From the NCBI GenBank assembly GCA_021803205.1, contig JAJZMB010000114.1, positions 6,877 through 70,876 on the forward strand: a stretch of DNA of 64,000 nucleotides, written 5' to 3'. Source of the DNA: Bacillota bacterium (GTDB taxonomy: Bacteria > Bacillota > Sulfobacillia > RBS10-35 > JAJYVN01). Shown one piece after another: positions 40,234 to 51,243 of this stretch. Position numbers and translations under genes: made by a program. Position 1 is the first letter of the stretch. Every line of letters begins with the position of its first letter. Under the pieces are notes generated by a model, which saw only the letters and a list, made by a program, of their open reading frames with translations, made no database searches and was not told the DNA's origin.

Positions 40234-41274
40234 ATGAGCGAAGCACATCCCATCGGCATCGGCATCATCGGGCTTGGCCGCAGCGGTTGGAACCTCCACG
40301 CGGCGACGGTCGGCACGCATCCGGCATACCGCATCTGCGCCGTCGCCGATCCCCTGGCAGAACGGCGCGAGGAGGCCCGGCAGCGTTTCGGCTGCCAGAC
40401 ATACGCAACTCCGGAGGAACTCATCGCCGACCCCAGCTGCGAAGTCGTCACTGTCGCCACCCCCTCCCACACCCACGCGCCCCTGGCCGTGACGGCCTTA
40501 GGGGCGGGCCGCCACGTCGTGGTCGAGAAGCCGGTGGCCCAGAGCCTGGAGGAGATCGACGCCATGATCGCGGCGGCTGGGCGGGCCGGACGCGTCCTGG
40601 CCGGCTTCCAGCCGTTGCGCTTCGCGCCGGACTTCGTGACCGTGCGGGACGTGATCGCCTCTGGGCGCCTCGGCCGCGTGATCCTGATCCGCCGCCGCTC
40701 GGGTGCCTTCAGCCGCCGCGCCGACTGGCAGATGTTCCGCCGCTTTGGCGGCGGAGAACTCGCCAACAACGGGCCGCACCTCCTCGACCAGGTGCTGGCG
40801 CTGATCGGGGAGGGTCCGGTGGAGGTTTTTGCCGATCTCCAGCACACCGTGGGCGCAGGGGATGCCGAGGACCACGTCAAGCTCTGCCTGCGCGGCGCCA
40901 GCGGCATTACGGCGGACATCGAGGTCACCCGCTGCGACGCCTTCCCGCCGCCGGAATGGTCGGTGCTCGGCACCGCCGGCGGCGTGTCCGGGTCGACGCG
41001 AGAACTGCATCTGCGGTGGTTTGATCCCGCCGAACTGCCCGCGCTGCGGGCTGATCCTGGGGCCGCCGCTGGCCGGCGCTACGGTACGGGCGAGACCATC
41101 CCCTGGCATGAGGAGATCATCCGCCCCCGCGCGGAGCGCACCCCGTACGCGCTGTTCTACGACGGCCTAGCGGACACACTGCAGCGGGGGACGCCGCTTG
41201 CCGTCCCGCCAGGGGATCTGCGGCGGCAGATCGAGGTCATCACGCGGGCGCGGGCCGCGGCCCGGATCGGCTGA
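40234..41274 (+). CDS. Gfo/Idh/MocA family oxidoreductase
   Basis: GIIGLGRSG, ATPSHTH, HVVVEKP, GGGELANNGPHLLD. Confidence 0.9.
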   Translation: MSEAHPIGIGIIGLGRSGWNLHAATVGTHPAYRICAVADPLAERREEARQRFGCQTYATPEELIADPSCEVVTVATPSHTHAPLAVTALGAGRHVVVEKPVAQSLEEIDAMIAAAGRAGRVLAGFQPLRFAPDFVTVRDVIASGRLGRVILIRRRSGAFSRRADWQMFRRFGGGELANNGPHLLDQVLALIGEGPVEVFADLQHTVGAGDAEDHVKLCLRGASGITADIEVTRCDAFPPPEWSVLGTAGGVSGSTRELHLRWFDPAELPALRADPGAAAGRRYGTGETIPWHEEIIRPRAERTPYALFYDGLADTLQRGTPLAVPPGDLRRQIEVITRARAAARIG

Positions 41275-41769
41275 GGCACCGCCGGAGCGGGAATCGGGGG
41301 GAAGGCCGCACCGCCGGCACGAGGCGGCAGAGGCGGGCGGACCAAGTGGGGCCGCCACCTCAGCGGCGGCCTGCCCCTGTATTCCTCGCCCTGCTGTTCT
41401 CCAGGCATGCAGCAAGCGGCTCCGAAGCAAGCACCACGCGGAACACCGCCCCATCCCCTGCGGGCGTCGTTTCCACCCCTGAGGCCGTGAGGCACCAAGC
41501 AACCGGAACCCCGCGGCGGACGGAGAATCCTGCTAGGCAGCCGCACTTCCCGCGTCTCCGGAAGGGATCCGTCCACGGGGAACGGGCATCCCGGGGCAAT
41601 GCCACCGCCAACCGCGGGCTCCGGTCGTAATCCGGCCCGCCACAGGTGTCCGGGCTGCATTAGAATCACGGGTCGGGACGCGCCGCAGCAGGGGCACCGC
41701 CGTCCGCAGGACCAGGTCCACGTCACCCACCAATGACAGAGCCGCGCCGCAGGGGAGGGAGGCCGAACC

Positions 41770-42957
41770 GTGGATTGTACGCTGCCGCCGGATGTCCGGA
41801 AATGGAAGGAAAGCATGCGGCGGTTCGTAGAGCGGGAACTGGTACCGCGCGAGCACACCCTGCCCCCCTTTGCCAACACGCTCCCGGAGGAGGTCACGGC
41901 AGGCATCGTCGCTCAGCTCAAGTCCGAAGGCCTCTGGGGCTTGGCTGTGCCGCGGGAATACGGCGGGGCCGGCCTCGGCCTGGTGGCACTGTGCGCACTC
42001 CGTGAGGCCCTCGGCCACACCACCCTCTGGAGCCTGGCCCGCCTCCTCGGCACCGAGCCACCGATCCTCCTCTACGACTGCAACGAGGACCAGAAGCGAC
42101 GCTTCCTGCTGCCCACCCTGCAGGGGAAGCGATACGGCTGCTTCGCCCTCACCGAGCCGAACGCAGGCTCGGACGCGGCGGCCCTGAAGATGCGCGCCGA
42201 GCCCGACGGCAAAGATCACTTCCTGCTCAGTGGCCGCAAAATCTTCACCTCGCACGCCGACGAAGCGGACTACGCCCTGGTGTTCGCCCTGACTCCCCCG
42301 GCCGGGGGAGCGGCACGGGAGGGCATCACCCTCTTCCTTGTGGAGACGGATACGCCCGGACTGCGCATCCTGCGGCAGCTCGACACCATGGGCGGGGACC
42401 GGCCCTCCGAACTCCTCTTCGAGGATTGCCGGGTCCCCGCGGCCAATATCGTGGGGGTACCGGGCGACGCCTTCGGGCTGGCCCAGAAGTGGTTCGCTTG
42501 CGACCGCATCGCCTTGCAACCGCCGATCGCGATCGGCGCGGCGGCGCGTTGCCTGGCGATGGCACGCGCGGCCAACGCGGCCCCGGACGCGCAGATCGGG
42601 CAACTGGCCCTGCGGGTGTATGTAGCGCGCGAAATGCTCTACCACGCCGCCTGGAAGGCCGACCAGGGTCTGGACGTCCGCCACGAGGCATCCATGGTCA
42701 AAGCGACCGCGACAACGACCGGTCTGGAAGTCGTCGACCAAGTCCTCCAGTGGTTCGGCCCGGCGGGCTACGGTCGGGACCTGCCCTTTGAGCGATACTA
42801 CCGGGACCTGCGGCGCTTCACCATCGCCGCCGGGACCTACGAGATCCAGCAATTCATAGTGGCGCGGGCGCTGCTGCGCGGCTTTTCACCCCTGAACTGC
42901 TTCGCCGGGGCCGAGGCGGCCGCCGGCGGACGGCAACCCGGACCCGCACACACTTGA
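41770..42957 (+). CDS. Acyl-CoA dehydrogenase family protein
   Basis: PREYGGAG, FALTEPNAGSD, LSGRKIFTS, GYGRDLPFERYYRD. Confidence 0.9.
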   Translation: MDCTLPPDVRKWKESMRRFVERELVPREHTLPPFANTLPEEVTAGIVAQLKSEGLWGLAVPREYGGAGLGLVALCALREALGHTTLWSLARLLGTEPPILLYDCNEDQKRRFLLPTLQGKRYGCFALTEPNAGSDAAALKMRAEPDGKDHFLLSGRKIFTSHADEADYALVFALTPPAGGAAREGITLFLVETDTPGLRILRQLDTMGGDRPSELLFEDCRVPAANIVGVPGDAFGLAQKWFACDRIALQPPIAIGAAARCLAMARAANAAPDAQIGQLALRVYVAREMLYHAAWKADQGLDVRHEASMVKATATTTGLEVVDQVLQWFGPAGYGRDLPFERYYRDLRRFTIAAGTYEIQQFIVARALLRGFSPLNCFAGAEAAAGGRQPGPAHT

Positions 42958-42974
42958 CGCTGGGGGGTCGGACT

Positions 42975-44114
42975 GTGGATTTCACGCTGCCCGCGTCGGC
43001 CGAGCAGCTGCGGCAGGCCGCCGACAGGTTTGTGCAAGAGGCGCTCCTGCCGCACGAAGGCCTCCTGCCCCCGGCGGAGGGGACGCTGCCGGAGGATGTC
43101 CGGCACCGGGTGACCGAGCGGCGCCGCGCCCTGGGGCTCTGGGGCCTCGGGGTGCCGCCGGCCGCAGGAGGCATGGGCCTCGGCTGGATGGAGCGCGCGC
43201 TGGTACAGGAGCGCGTGCAGCGCAGCCTGTTGGGGTTGTGGCCGCAGGGGCTGCTTGCGGCGGGAGACCCGCCCGCGGCCCTGCACGCCATGCGGGGCGC
43301 CCAGCGGGAGGAGTACCTGCAGCCCTGTCTGGACGGGCGGCGCATCGCCCACCAGATCCTGCTCCCGGGCGGGGCACGAGCGGGCGGGGCGCCCGGGCTC
43401 CGGGCGATGCCAACACCCGAGGGAGCCGTGCTGAGCGGCACGTGGACGGCCGTGCCGGCCCTGTGCACAGAGGATGTGCTGCTCGTCGTAGCCGAGATGC
43501 AGGGTCGCCTGCAGGGCTTCCTCTGCGACCGCGGCCTACCCGGCTACCGGGTTTGCCGGAGACGCCCGGGCATGGGCTCAGTGGAACTGGCCGACCTCGC
43601 CTGGGAGGATTGCCGCCTCGAAACCGCGCGGATCCTGCCGGACGCCGGACCGGCCGCGCTCCTCTGGCGCGCCGCGCAGCGGGTGACGGTGTTCGGCGCC
43701 GGCGCCCTCGGGGCGGCGGAACGCTGCCTGGAGATCGGCTTGGACCACATCCGGCGGCGTCAGACCTTCGGGCGGCCCCTAGCCGACCGGCAAGCCATCC
43801 AGTGGATGGTGGCGGACTCGGCGCGCGAGTTGCACGGTGCCCGCCTGCTGCTCTACCGCGCCGCGTCCCTGGCCGATCGCGGGGACAGAGACAGCGCGCA
43901 GGACCTCGCGGGACCGGCCATGGCTTACGCGGCCGAGGCCGCCTGCCGCACCGTCGACCGCGTCCTGCAGATGCATGGCGGGTACGGCTATACGCGCGAG
44001 CTGCCCATCGAGCGATTCTGGCGCGACCTGCGCTTCTACCGAGTCGCCGACGGATCCAACGACACGCTGGTGGCCGACGCCGCCGGGATGCTGGTAGCAG
44101 ACCTCAGCGCATGA
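42975..44114 (+). CDS. Acyl-CoA dehydrogenase family protein (divergent partner subunit)
   Basis: RQTFGRPLADRQAIQW and QMHGGYGY..ELPIERFWRD; lacks the TEP.AGSD motif. Confidence 0.8.
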   Translation: MDFTLPASAEQLRQAADRFVQEALLPHEGLLPPAEGTLPEDVRHRVTERRRALGLWGLGVPPAAGGMGLGWMERALVQERVQRSLLGLWPQGLLAAGDPPAALHAMRGAQREEYLQPCLDGRRIAHQILLPGGARAGGAPGLRAMPTPEGAVLSGTWTAVPALCTEDVLLVVAEMQGRLQGFLCDRGLPGYRVCRRRPGMGSVELADLAWEDCRLETARILPDAGPAALLWRAAQRVTVFGAGALGAAERCLEIGLDHIRRRQTFGRPLADRQAIQWMVADSARELHGARLLLYRAASLADRGDRDSAQDLAGPAMAYAAEAACRTVDRVLQMHGGYGYTRELPIERFWRDLRFYRVADGSNDTLVADAAGMLVADLSA

Positions 44115-46213
44115 CCGGGCGCGGCGCGTCCCGGCCTGCGGCCCTGGACGGGCGCGAAGCGGAATCGGGCGGGACCGGCGGCCCGGGTCCGACGGACCCG
44201 CGCGACCCCACGGCCGGCGAGCCGGCAGGAAGGCGGCTGCACATGGATGAGGGCTCGCTTCCGGCACCGGCGGACGAATTCGTGACCCCCGACCAGTTGC
44301 TGGCCTTCCTGCGCCCGCGAGGCATCGCCGTCGTGGGCGCGTCTGCGGAGGCCGGGAAGTTCTCGACCCGGCTGATCCCCTCCCTGATCGCCTGCGGATA
44401 CGCCGGCGGCATCTACCCGGTGAACCCCCGCTACGCGGAGGTGGCCGGTCTACCCTGCTATCCCTCGGTGGCCGCGCTGCCCGCCCCCTGCGACCTGATC
44501 ATCGTAGCCGTTCCAGCACGCCACGTACCCGGAGTCGTCGGCGAAGCCGCCGGGCACGGAGTCCGCGGCGCCATCATCCTCTCCGGCGGCTTCGCCGAGA
44601 TCGGCGGGGCGGGCGCGGCACGGCAGCGGGACTTGCGGGCGCTGGCCGGCCCCCTCCGCCTTTACGGACCCAACTGCCCCGGCCTCTGGCAGATCCGTGA
44701 CGGGCTGGTGTACACGTTCTCCGCGCAGTTCGATCCGACCGGGCTGGTGGCGGGTCCCATCGGCCTGGTCACCCAGGGCGGCGCCCTGGGGCGGACGGTC
44801 CTGGACGCGATGCAGACAGGCCTCGGCTTCAGCTATTGGTTCTCAACCGGCAATGAGGCGGACCTCGATGCCGCCGACTTCGTCTCGTTTTTGGCGGACG
44901 ATCCCGGCACTGCAGCCGTCGCCCTGATCGTCGAAGGCTGGCGGGACGGCCGACGCTTCCTACGTGCGGTCGCGCGCTGCCGAGCGGCCGCCAAGCCTGT
45001 GCTCCTGCTGAAGATCGGCCGCACCGTCCCGGGCGCGGCGGCGGCGCGCGCGCACACAGCGGCCACCAACGGGTCCCAAAGCGTCGCGGACGCGGCGCTG
45101 CGCCGGGCGGGCTGCATCCGCGTCGACGATGTGGACGAGCTGACTGCCGTGGCCCGCCTGCTGGCCCGCCATCCCCGCCCGGGTCCCGGGGGCCTCGGCA
45201 TCTGCTCCTTCTCGGGCGGTGCGGGCAGCCTCCTCGCAGACCTCGCCCACACCTATGCCGTCCCCTTGCCGGACCTCTGGCCCGGGACGCGCTCCACCCT
45301 GCGCGACTTGGTGCCGGAGATCGCGACGGTCGGCAACCCCACCGACCTGACAACGGCTGCGCTCGAAGATCCCGGCCTCGCCCGCCGGGCCGTGGAGATC
45401 ATGGTCGCCGATCCGGGCCTGGCCGCCGTGCTCTTCCCCCTGCCCCACCGCCTGGACGCCTTCGACGAGCGGATGGCACAGCACCTGGTCGAAGTCGCCG
45501 CTGCCTCGGACAAGCCGGTGGCGGTTCTCGCCGCCTCCCCCGTCTTCCAGGAAGAGGCTGCGGCTCGGATCCTCCGCGACGGGCGTGTGCCCGTCTTCTG
45601 CTCCGCACACCTGGCCGTGCGGGCCGTGGCGGGCTGGCTGCGCGCGCGCGATGCGGCCGCCGTGCCGCCGTACGCTCCCGGCGGCCGCATCACGCCGAAT
45701 ACCGCCGCCGTGGATGTATCGCCGGTGTCGTTGGAGGCCGTGCTCGACGCATGCGGCATCCCCCATGGAGAACCGGGCCGCAACGGCCAAGAGAAGGCAG
45801 GGGACGCGTGGCTGTCCCTCCCCCGAGGCTTCGACCTGCGCTGCACCGTGGAGTGGGACGCCGCATTCGGCCCGGCCGTCACCTGCGGCGCGGGCGGTGT
45901 CTGGGGCCTGGCCCGCCCCGAGGACCGGGCCGCCCGCCTGGCCCCGTTCGACATGGCAGAGGCCCAAGCGATGCTGGGCGAGTTGCGCTGCTTGGTGGTC
46001 CTGCACGCCGGCGCCGCGGGCGGCGACCCCTACGACCTGGAGGCGGCAGCGCAGGTGTTGGTGCGGCTCGGGACGTGGGCGGCCGCCGCGCCCGGCCCAT
46101 TCCATCCGATCGAGATCGACCCGCTGCGGATCCTGCCTGCGGGGAACGGCGTGACTGCCATACCGCACGGTGCCCCCCGGCACGGACCGCACGGCGATGG
46201 TCGGTCCGCGTGA
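44111..46213 (+). CDS. Acetate--CoA ligase (ADP-forming) family / CoA-binding protein
   Basis: IAVVGAS, YPVNP, GGFAE, GPNCPG, TQGG, STGNEAD, AHT, NPTDL; shortened C-terminal ATP-grasp-like part; start is 44111 or 44243. Confidence 0.8.
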   Translation: MTGRGASRPAALDGREAESGGTGGPGPTDPRDPTAGEPAGRRLHMDEGSLPAPADEFVTPDQLLAFLRPRGIAVVGASAEAGKFSTRLIPSLIACGYAGGIYPVNPRYAEVAGLPCYPSVAALPAPCDLIIVAVPARHVPGVVGEAAGHGVRGAIILSGGFAEIGGAGAARQRDLRALAGPLRLYGPNCPGLWQIRDGLVYTFSAQFDPTGLVAGPIGLVTQGGALGRTVLDAMQTGLGFSYWFSTGNEADLDAADFVSFLADDPGTAAVALIVEGWRDGRRFLRAVARCRAAAKPVLLLKIGRTVPGAAAARAHTAATNGSQSVADAALRRAGCIRVDDVDELTAVARLLARHPRPGPGGLGICSFSGGAGSLLADLAHTYAVPLPDLWPGTRSTLRDLVPEIATVGNPTDLTTAALEDPGLARRAVEIMVADPGLAAVLFPLPHRLDAFDERMAQHLVEVAAASDKPVAVLAASPVFQEEAAARILRDGRVPVFCSAHLAVRAVAGWLRARDAAAVPPYAPGGRITPNTAAVDVSPVSLEAVLDACGIPHGEPGRNGQEKAGDAWLSLPRGFDLRCTVEWDAAFGPAVTCGAGGVWGLARPEDRAARLAPFDMAEAQAMLGELRCLVVLHAGAAGGDPYDLEAAAQVLVRLGTWAAAAPGPFHPIEIDPLRILPAGNGVTAIPHGAPRHGPHGDGRSA

Positions 46214-46548
46214 GAACCCGCGACGGAAAAACCCGCCCGGACCCCAGCGCCCGCGGCGAGCGGCGTGGCTCGGACGACGGAGGACGCTGTGCGGGCTGCC
46301 GCTCCGACGCCGAGGCATTCCTCGAACAGGCTCACGCGTCGCGGCTGAACCGGAGAACCGGCGCTGCCCCCTCCGGCGCGGCGCGATCATTCGTCTACGG
46401 GGCAGCCTCGGAGACACGAGCGCGACGGACCTCGCGCAGCGGCAGGCGCGGCAGGGGACCCGTGTGCGCTGGGCCGACGGGATCCAGGACAGACGGCCGA
46501 ACGCGGGGGGCCCCGGCGTACCGCCGCGCACACCGGGGCCCTCCCCCG

Positions 46549-48453
46549 CTACTCTACCGTGACGCTCTTAGCCAAGTTGCGGGGCTTGTCGACGTCGGTG
46601 CCGAGGGCGACCGCCGTGTGGTAGGCCAGCAGTTGCAGCGGGATGGCGGCCACCACCGGGGCGAGCGGGGCCGGAACATCGGGCAGCACCAGCAGGTCCT
46701 GGCAGACCGGGTCGGCCGTCTCCCGCAGTGCGTGCGTGCAGACGCCCACTACGCGCCCCCCGCGCGCCCGCACCTCGGCCACGTTGGAGGCCGTCTTCTC
46801 CGCGAGCGCCGCCTGCGTGAACAGCGCGATCACCGGCGTACCCTCCGTCACCAGAGCGAGGGGCCCGTGCTTGAGCTCTCCCGCCGCATAGGCTTCGGCG
46901 TGCAGGTAGGTGATCTCCTTGAGCTTGAGCTGCCCCTCCATGGCGGAAGCCCAGTCGAGGCCGCGGCCGATGAAGAAGCAGTGCTGCTGCGCCGCCAGCC
47001 ACGCGGCCAAGGCACGTACCTCCGGTTCCAAGGCGAGGGCCTCCCTGGCCAGCCCCGGCAGCCGGGCGATCTCAGCAGCCCAGCGCGCGATCTCCGCAGC
47101 CGGCATGGTGCAGCGCACTGCGGCCGCCTGTAGCGCGAGTACGGAGAGAACCTCGATCTGTGTGGTGTAGGCCTTCGTCGAGCACACGGAGATCTCCGGC
47201 CCCGCCATCGTGTAGAGCGCCACGTCCGCTTGGCGCGCGATGGTGCTGCCGACCGCATTGGCGACGGCCAAGCCGATCGCGCCGCGCCGCATGGCCTCCC
47301 TCAGGGCCGCCAGCGTGTCGGCCGTCTCGCCGGATTGGCTGACGGCCACGACGAGATCACCCGGTGTGATCAGTGGATCTCGGTACCGGAACTCCGAACC
47401 CAGATCGGCCTCCGCGGGCAGGTGTGCCCACGCCTCCAGGAGCGCCCGCCCGATGACTGCCGCGTGATGGGCGGTGCCGCAGGCGACCAGGACCGCGCGC
47501 CGTGCTTCCGCCAGCGCGGCGGCGGCGGATCCGGTCGCCAGTTCGGCCAGAACTGGCCCGTCCGGCCCCAGCCGCCCGCGCAGCGTCTGCGCCAGGGCCT
47601 CTGGCTGCTCGTGGATCTCCTTCAACATGAAATGGGCGAAACCGCCGCGCTCGGCCGCCGCCGCATCCCAGGAAACATGCCGCGGCGGCCGATCCGGCAG
47701 GAGCGCGCCGTCGAAGGTGAACAGGCATTGCGAATCCGGCCGCACCTCGGCCATCTCGCCGTCCCGCAGGACGATCACGTCGCGGGTGAAGGGCAGCAGC
47801 GCCGAGATGTCACTGGCGAGGAAACGCTCGCCACCAGACGCCCCGATGACCAGGGGCGTCTGGTAGCGCACCCCGATCAGCAGTTCCGGCGCCGCATCCC
47901 ACATGATAACGAGCGCGAACGAGCCGTGCAGTCGCGGCAGGACCGCCTGCACCGCTCGTGACAGGCGTCGGCCGGTGTGGAGGGTCATGTCCTCCGCCAC
48001 CGCGGCGCCTACGGCAGGGACTTCCGGCCCCAGCCCCTCTTCGATCAGGTGCGCCACCACCTCGGAATCGGTCTGGGAAGCGAAGGTGTGACCGCGGCGG
48101 ATCAATTCCGCCCGCAGTCTCCCGTGGTTTTCGATGATTCCGTTGTGCACGACCGCGATACGGCACGCCTCGTCGGCGTGTGGATGCGCATTGACGTCAC
48201 TCGGACACCCGTGCGTCGCCCAACGGGTGTGGCCGATGCCGATACGCGCCCCGGACAGGCGGCCGCTCTGCAATTGCACCGCCTGCTCCAGAACACGCAC
48301 GCGGCCAGCGCGCTTCTCGACGACGACCGTCCCGTTCTCGGCGCGGACGGCGACGCCCGCCGAGTCGTAGCCGCGGTACTCCAGGCGCTTCAGCCCCTCC
48401 AGCAGCACGGGCAAAGCCCGACGCTGTCCCACATAGCCCACGATACCGCACAT
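46549..48453 (-). CDS. glmS: Glutamine--fructose-6-phosphate transaminase GlmS
   Basis: MCGIVG, LEYRGYDSAG, GHTRWATHG, SQSGETADT, PRNLAKSVTVE. Confidence 0.98.
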   Translation of the reverse strand: MCGIVGYVGQRRALPVLLEGLKRLEYRGYDSAGVAVRAENGTVVVEKRAGRVRVLEQAVQLQSGRLSGARIGIGHTRWATHGCPSDVNAHPHADEACRIAVVHNGIIENHGRLRAELIRRGHTFASQTDSEVVAHLIEEGLGPEVPAVGAAVAEDMTLHTGRRLSRAVQAVLPRLHGSFALVIMWDAAPELLIGVRYQTPLVIGASGGERFLASDISALLPFTRDVIVLRDGEMAEVRPDSQCLFTFDGALLPDRPPRHVSWDAAAAERGGFAHFMLKEIHEQPEALAQTLRGRLGPDGPVLAELATGSAAAALAEARRAVLVACGTAHHAAVIGRALLEAWAHLPAEADLGSEFRYRDPLITPGDLVVAVSQSGETADTLAALREAMRRGAIGLAVANAVGSTIARQADVALYTMAGPEISVCSTKAYTTQIEVLSVLALQAAAVRCTMPAAEIARWAAEIARLPGLAREALALEPEVRALAAWLAAQQHCFFIGRGLDWASAMEGQLKLKEITYLHAEAYAAGELKHGPLALVTEGTPVIALFTQAALAEKTASNVAEVRARGGRVVGVCTHALRETADPVCQDLLVLPDVPAPLAPVVAAIPLQLLAYHTAVALGTDVDKPRNLAKSVTVE

Positions 48454-48659
48454 GCGCGCCCACTCCCTTCAACGTGAAAAGACAGGGCCATCCCGACCAC
48501 CGATCGACCGGCTGCGACGCTGCCAAGACGCAGCGCGCCATCGGCTGGCCGGCTGGTATGCCCAACCCCGCGGGTCCGTTCCGTTGAAAATCGGGGGAGC
48601 GCGCACGTGCGGCAAGACTGTGCGCAGGCACACCAACGCCTACGCCTCCACCGCCATCC

Positions 48660-48826
48660 CCTTGTCCCCGCGGTCACCCGCGGGATTTGCAGGACGGCTT
48701 CGGCCGTGGACGGCCGGAGGGTGTCCGCCGAATCCTTCGATAGCCCCTCTCCTCGTCGACTCACCGGCGAAGGTCGAGCCCCTACTACGGTGCAAACCCT
48801 TCGTGCGCAGCGAGTCCAGGCGCTGT
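48660..48826 (-). ncRNA. glmS ribozyme-riboswitch
   Basis: A^GCGCCTGGACT...AGTCGACGAGG...ATCGAA...TTCGGCGGA core in the glmS 5' UTR. Confidence 0.9.
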
Positions 48827-48894
48827 GTTCTGAGGTGCCGCCCGCCCCCGGTCCGCCCCACCTCCTGCAGCAGCCGGCATCCGACCCGCTCAGC

Positions 48895-50244
48895 CTACAC
48901 CACGCCGATCTCGGCCGCCACCACCTCGGTAATGGAAGAAGCCGCCGCACGCACGACGGCCTCGTCCTCGCCCTCCACCATCACGCGCACCAGCGGCTCT
49001 GTCCCCGAGGCGCGCACCAGCACGCGGCCGCGCTCGCCCAAAGCTTCCCTGGCCGCCGCAACGGCGGCCGAAATCCTGGCGTTTCCTTCCCACGCGTCAA
49101 GTTGTCGCACCCTCACGTTGTGCAGCACCTGCGGGAACCTCCGCATGATGCTCGCCAGTTCGGACATGGGGCGACCGCTGCGACACAGCAGCGTGGCCAG
49201 CAGCGCGGCGGTGAGCAACCCGTCTCCCGTGGTGTGATGGCGCAGAAAGATGATGTGCCCGGACTGTTCTCCGCCCAGCGCGAAACCGCCCTCGCGCATG
49301 CGCTCCAACACGTAGCGGTCGCCGACCCTGGTGCGCAGCAGGCTGCCCCCGCGTGCCCGCAAACAGAGTTCGAGACCGAGGTTGCTCATCACGGTGCCAA
49401 CGACCGCACCGCCAGGGAGATCTCCACGGGACAGGAGGTCGGCCCCGAGCATCGCCATGACCTGGTCGCCGTCGACCACGCACCCGGCCTCGTCCACCGC
49501 GATCAGGCGGTCGGCGTCGCCATCGAAGGCGAAACCGGCGTGGGCGTGCGTGTCACGGACGGTCCGGGCGAGCCGCTCGGGATGCAGAGACCCGCACCCG
49601 TCGTTGATATTGAGGCCGTCCGGAGCAGACGCGATGGCCTCGACGGAGGCCCCTGCCTGACGGAGGACACGCGGCGCCAACTCGTGCGCGGCCCCGTTGG
49701 CGCAGTCGCAGACGACGCGCAGGCCGGAGAGATCGCCGGCGAGGTGCGCGATGAAATCCACATAGCGCACCAACTCATGCGAGCGGTCCTCCGCATGGCC
49801 GAGGTCCGCTCCGATCGGACAGCGGGCCGCGGTCGGATCTGCGGCGGCCACCAGGGCCTCAATCTCCTCCTCGGCCGCGTCGGGGAGCTTGTAGCCGTCG
49901 TGGCTGAAGAACTTGATCCCGTTGTAAGCCGCGGGATTATGCGAAGCGGAGATGACGGCCCCAGCATCGACGTCCAGGACGCGCACAAGGTAGGCAACGG
50001 CAGGGGTGGTGGCGACGCCCAGACGCAACACGTCGGCGCCCACGGACATGGCGCCAGCGCCCAGCGCCGCCTCAAGCAGATCCCCCGAACGGCGCGTATC
50101 ACGCCCGACCAGCATGCGCGGCCGGCGCCCGGTCGCCTTGGCGAGCACGGTCGCCCCCGCCCGCCCGAGCGCGACGGCCAGTTCCACGGTCAGGTCTGCG
50201 TTTGCGATCCCGCGCACCCCGTCAGTTCCGAACAATCTACTCAT
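48895..50244 (-). CDS. glmM: Phosphoglucosamine mutase GlmM
   Basis: LFGTDGVRG, ISASHNP, FDGDADR, GGEQSGH, RASGTEP. Confidence 0.97.
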   Translation of the reverse strand: MSRLFGTDGVRGIANADLTVELAVALGRAGATVLAKATGRRPRMLVGRDTRRSGDLLEAALGAGAMSVGADVLRLGVATTPAVAYLVRVLDVDAGAVISASHNPAAYNGIKFFSHDGYKLPDAAEEEIEALVAAADPTAARCPIGADLGHAEDRSHELVRYVDFIAHLAGDLSGLRVVCDCANGAAHELAPRVLRQAGASVEAIASAPDGLNINDGCGSLHPERLARTVRDTHAHAGFAFDGDADRLIAVDEAGCVVDGDQVMAMLGADLLSRGDLPGGAVVGTVMSNLGLELCLRARGGSLLRTRVGDRYVLERMREGGFALGGEQSGHIIFLRHHTTGDGLLTAALLATLLCRSGRPMSELASIMRRFPQVLHNVRVRQLDAWEGNARISAAVAAAREALGERGRVLVRASGTEPLVRVMVEGEDEAVVRAAASSITEVVAAEIGVV

Positions 50245-50307
50245 CCGAACCTCCCATCGAGCGCCGCGCTCCCGGGTGTGGCACCACCGGATCCACATTA
50301 CGCGCCG

Positions 50308-51243
50308 TCACCCCGAGCGCGCGATGGTCGCCGTGACCTGCACCGAAGACGGAGTGCTGCCTGTAGCACCCTTGGGCACCACGACAGGTTCGTCAGCGTG
50401 GACCGTCGCCGTTGCGCCGGCGACCGACAGGGGCCTGGTGGGGACGCTCAGGATGCCGAGCGGCACGTTTCCCGGTCCGAGGATGGTGACGGCGGACGGG
50501 GAGGCGGTGACTCCGGTCACACTGTACCCGTTCGCCGGGGTCCCGGAGATCTTCGGCGCCACGGCCGCCTGCGGCTGCGCAGGCACTGGGGCGACCGGAA
50601 CGGTGATCCTGACCTCGCTGGGAGCCACCTGGATGCCAGAGACCGGTTGGCCGTTTTTGTCCAGCGGCACGGGGGGTACCTGGTCGGTCACGTCGGCCCG
50701 CGCGCTCTGTACGCTGACCGAGGCGACCGTCCGCACAACCTGGGCAATGGCGCTCTCCGGTCCGATGAGCACGACGATCTTGCTGGGCTGGACCTGCGGC
50801 GTCCCGACGACAAAACCGGAGGCCGCGACGCCATGGACATCCACCTGCACGGAGGTGTTGAACGTCTCCAGCGGTTCCACCACTACGGTCGCGTCCTGGG
50901 GTGTGGTCTTGACGATCTGGACGCCCGAGGGCAGGTTGTTGACGCTGATGTAATATTGTCCGGTGCCCGTCTTGGCATTGGCCAAGCTGACCGTGCCGAG
51001 CAGACTGCTCGGGGCCAGGGCGTTGATCGAGGGCCGCGAGCCGCTCACGGTCACCTGCACTTGCCGCGGCGTGATCTGGAAGACGCTCAGTCCCTGCGGC
51101 ACGCCGACCACCTCGACAGGGACGCCGCCCACGGTGCGCTGTACCGCGCCGCCATTCTGCCCCGCAACCTGTACATACACCAGAATGGCGAGGGCCAGGG
51201 CGAGCAACCGGGTGAAGAGGTCGTTCTGCAGCAGCTTATCCAC
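50308..51243 (-). CDS. cdaR: CdaR/YbbR-like regulator of diadenylate cyclase
   Basis: N-terminal TM followed by repeated beta-rich YbbR-like domains; lies between cdaA and glmM. Confidence 0.85.
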   Translation of the reverse strand: MDKLLQNDLFTRLLALALAILVYVQVAGQNGGAVQRTVGGVPVEVVGVPQGLSVFQITPRQVQVTVSGSRPSINALAPSSLLGTVSLANAKTGTGQYYISVNNLPSGVQIVKTTPQDATVVVEPLETFNTSVQVDVHGVAASGFVVGTPQVQPSKIVVLIGPESAIAQVVRTVASVSVQSARADVTDQVPPVPLDKNGQPVSGIQVAPSEVRITVPVAPVPAQPQAAVAPKISGTPANGYSVTGVTASPSAVTILGPGNVPLGILSVPTRPLSVAGATATVHADEPVVVPKGATGSTPSSVQVTATIARSG

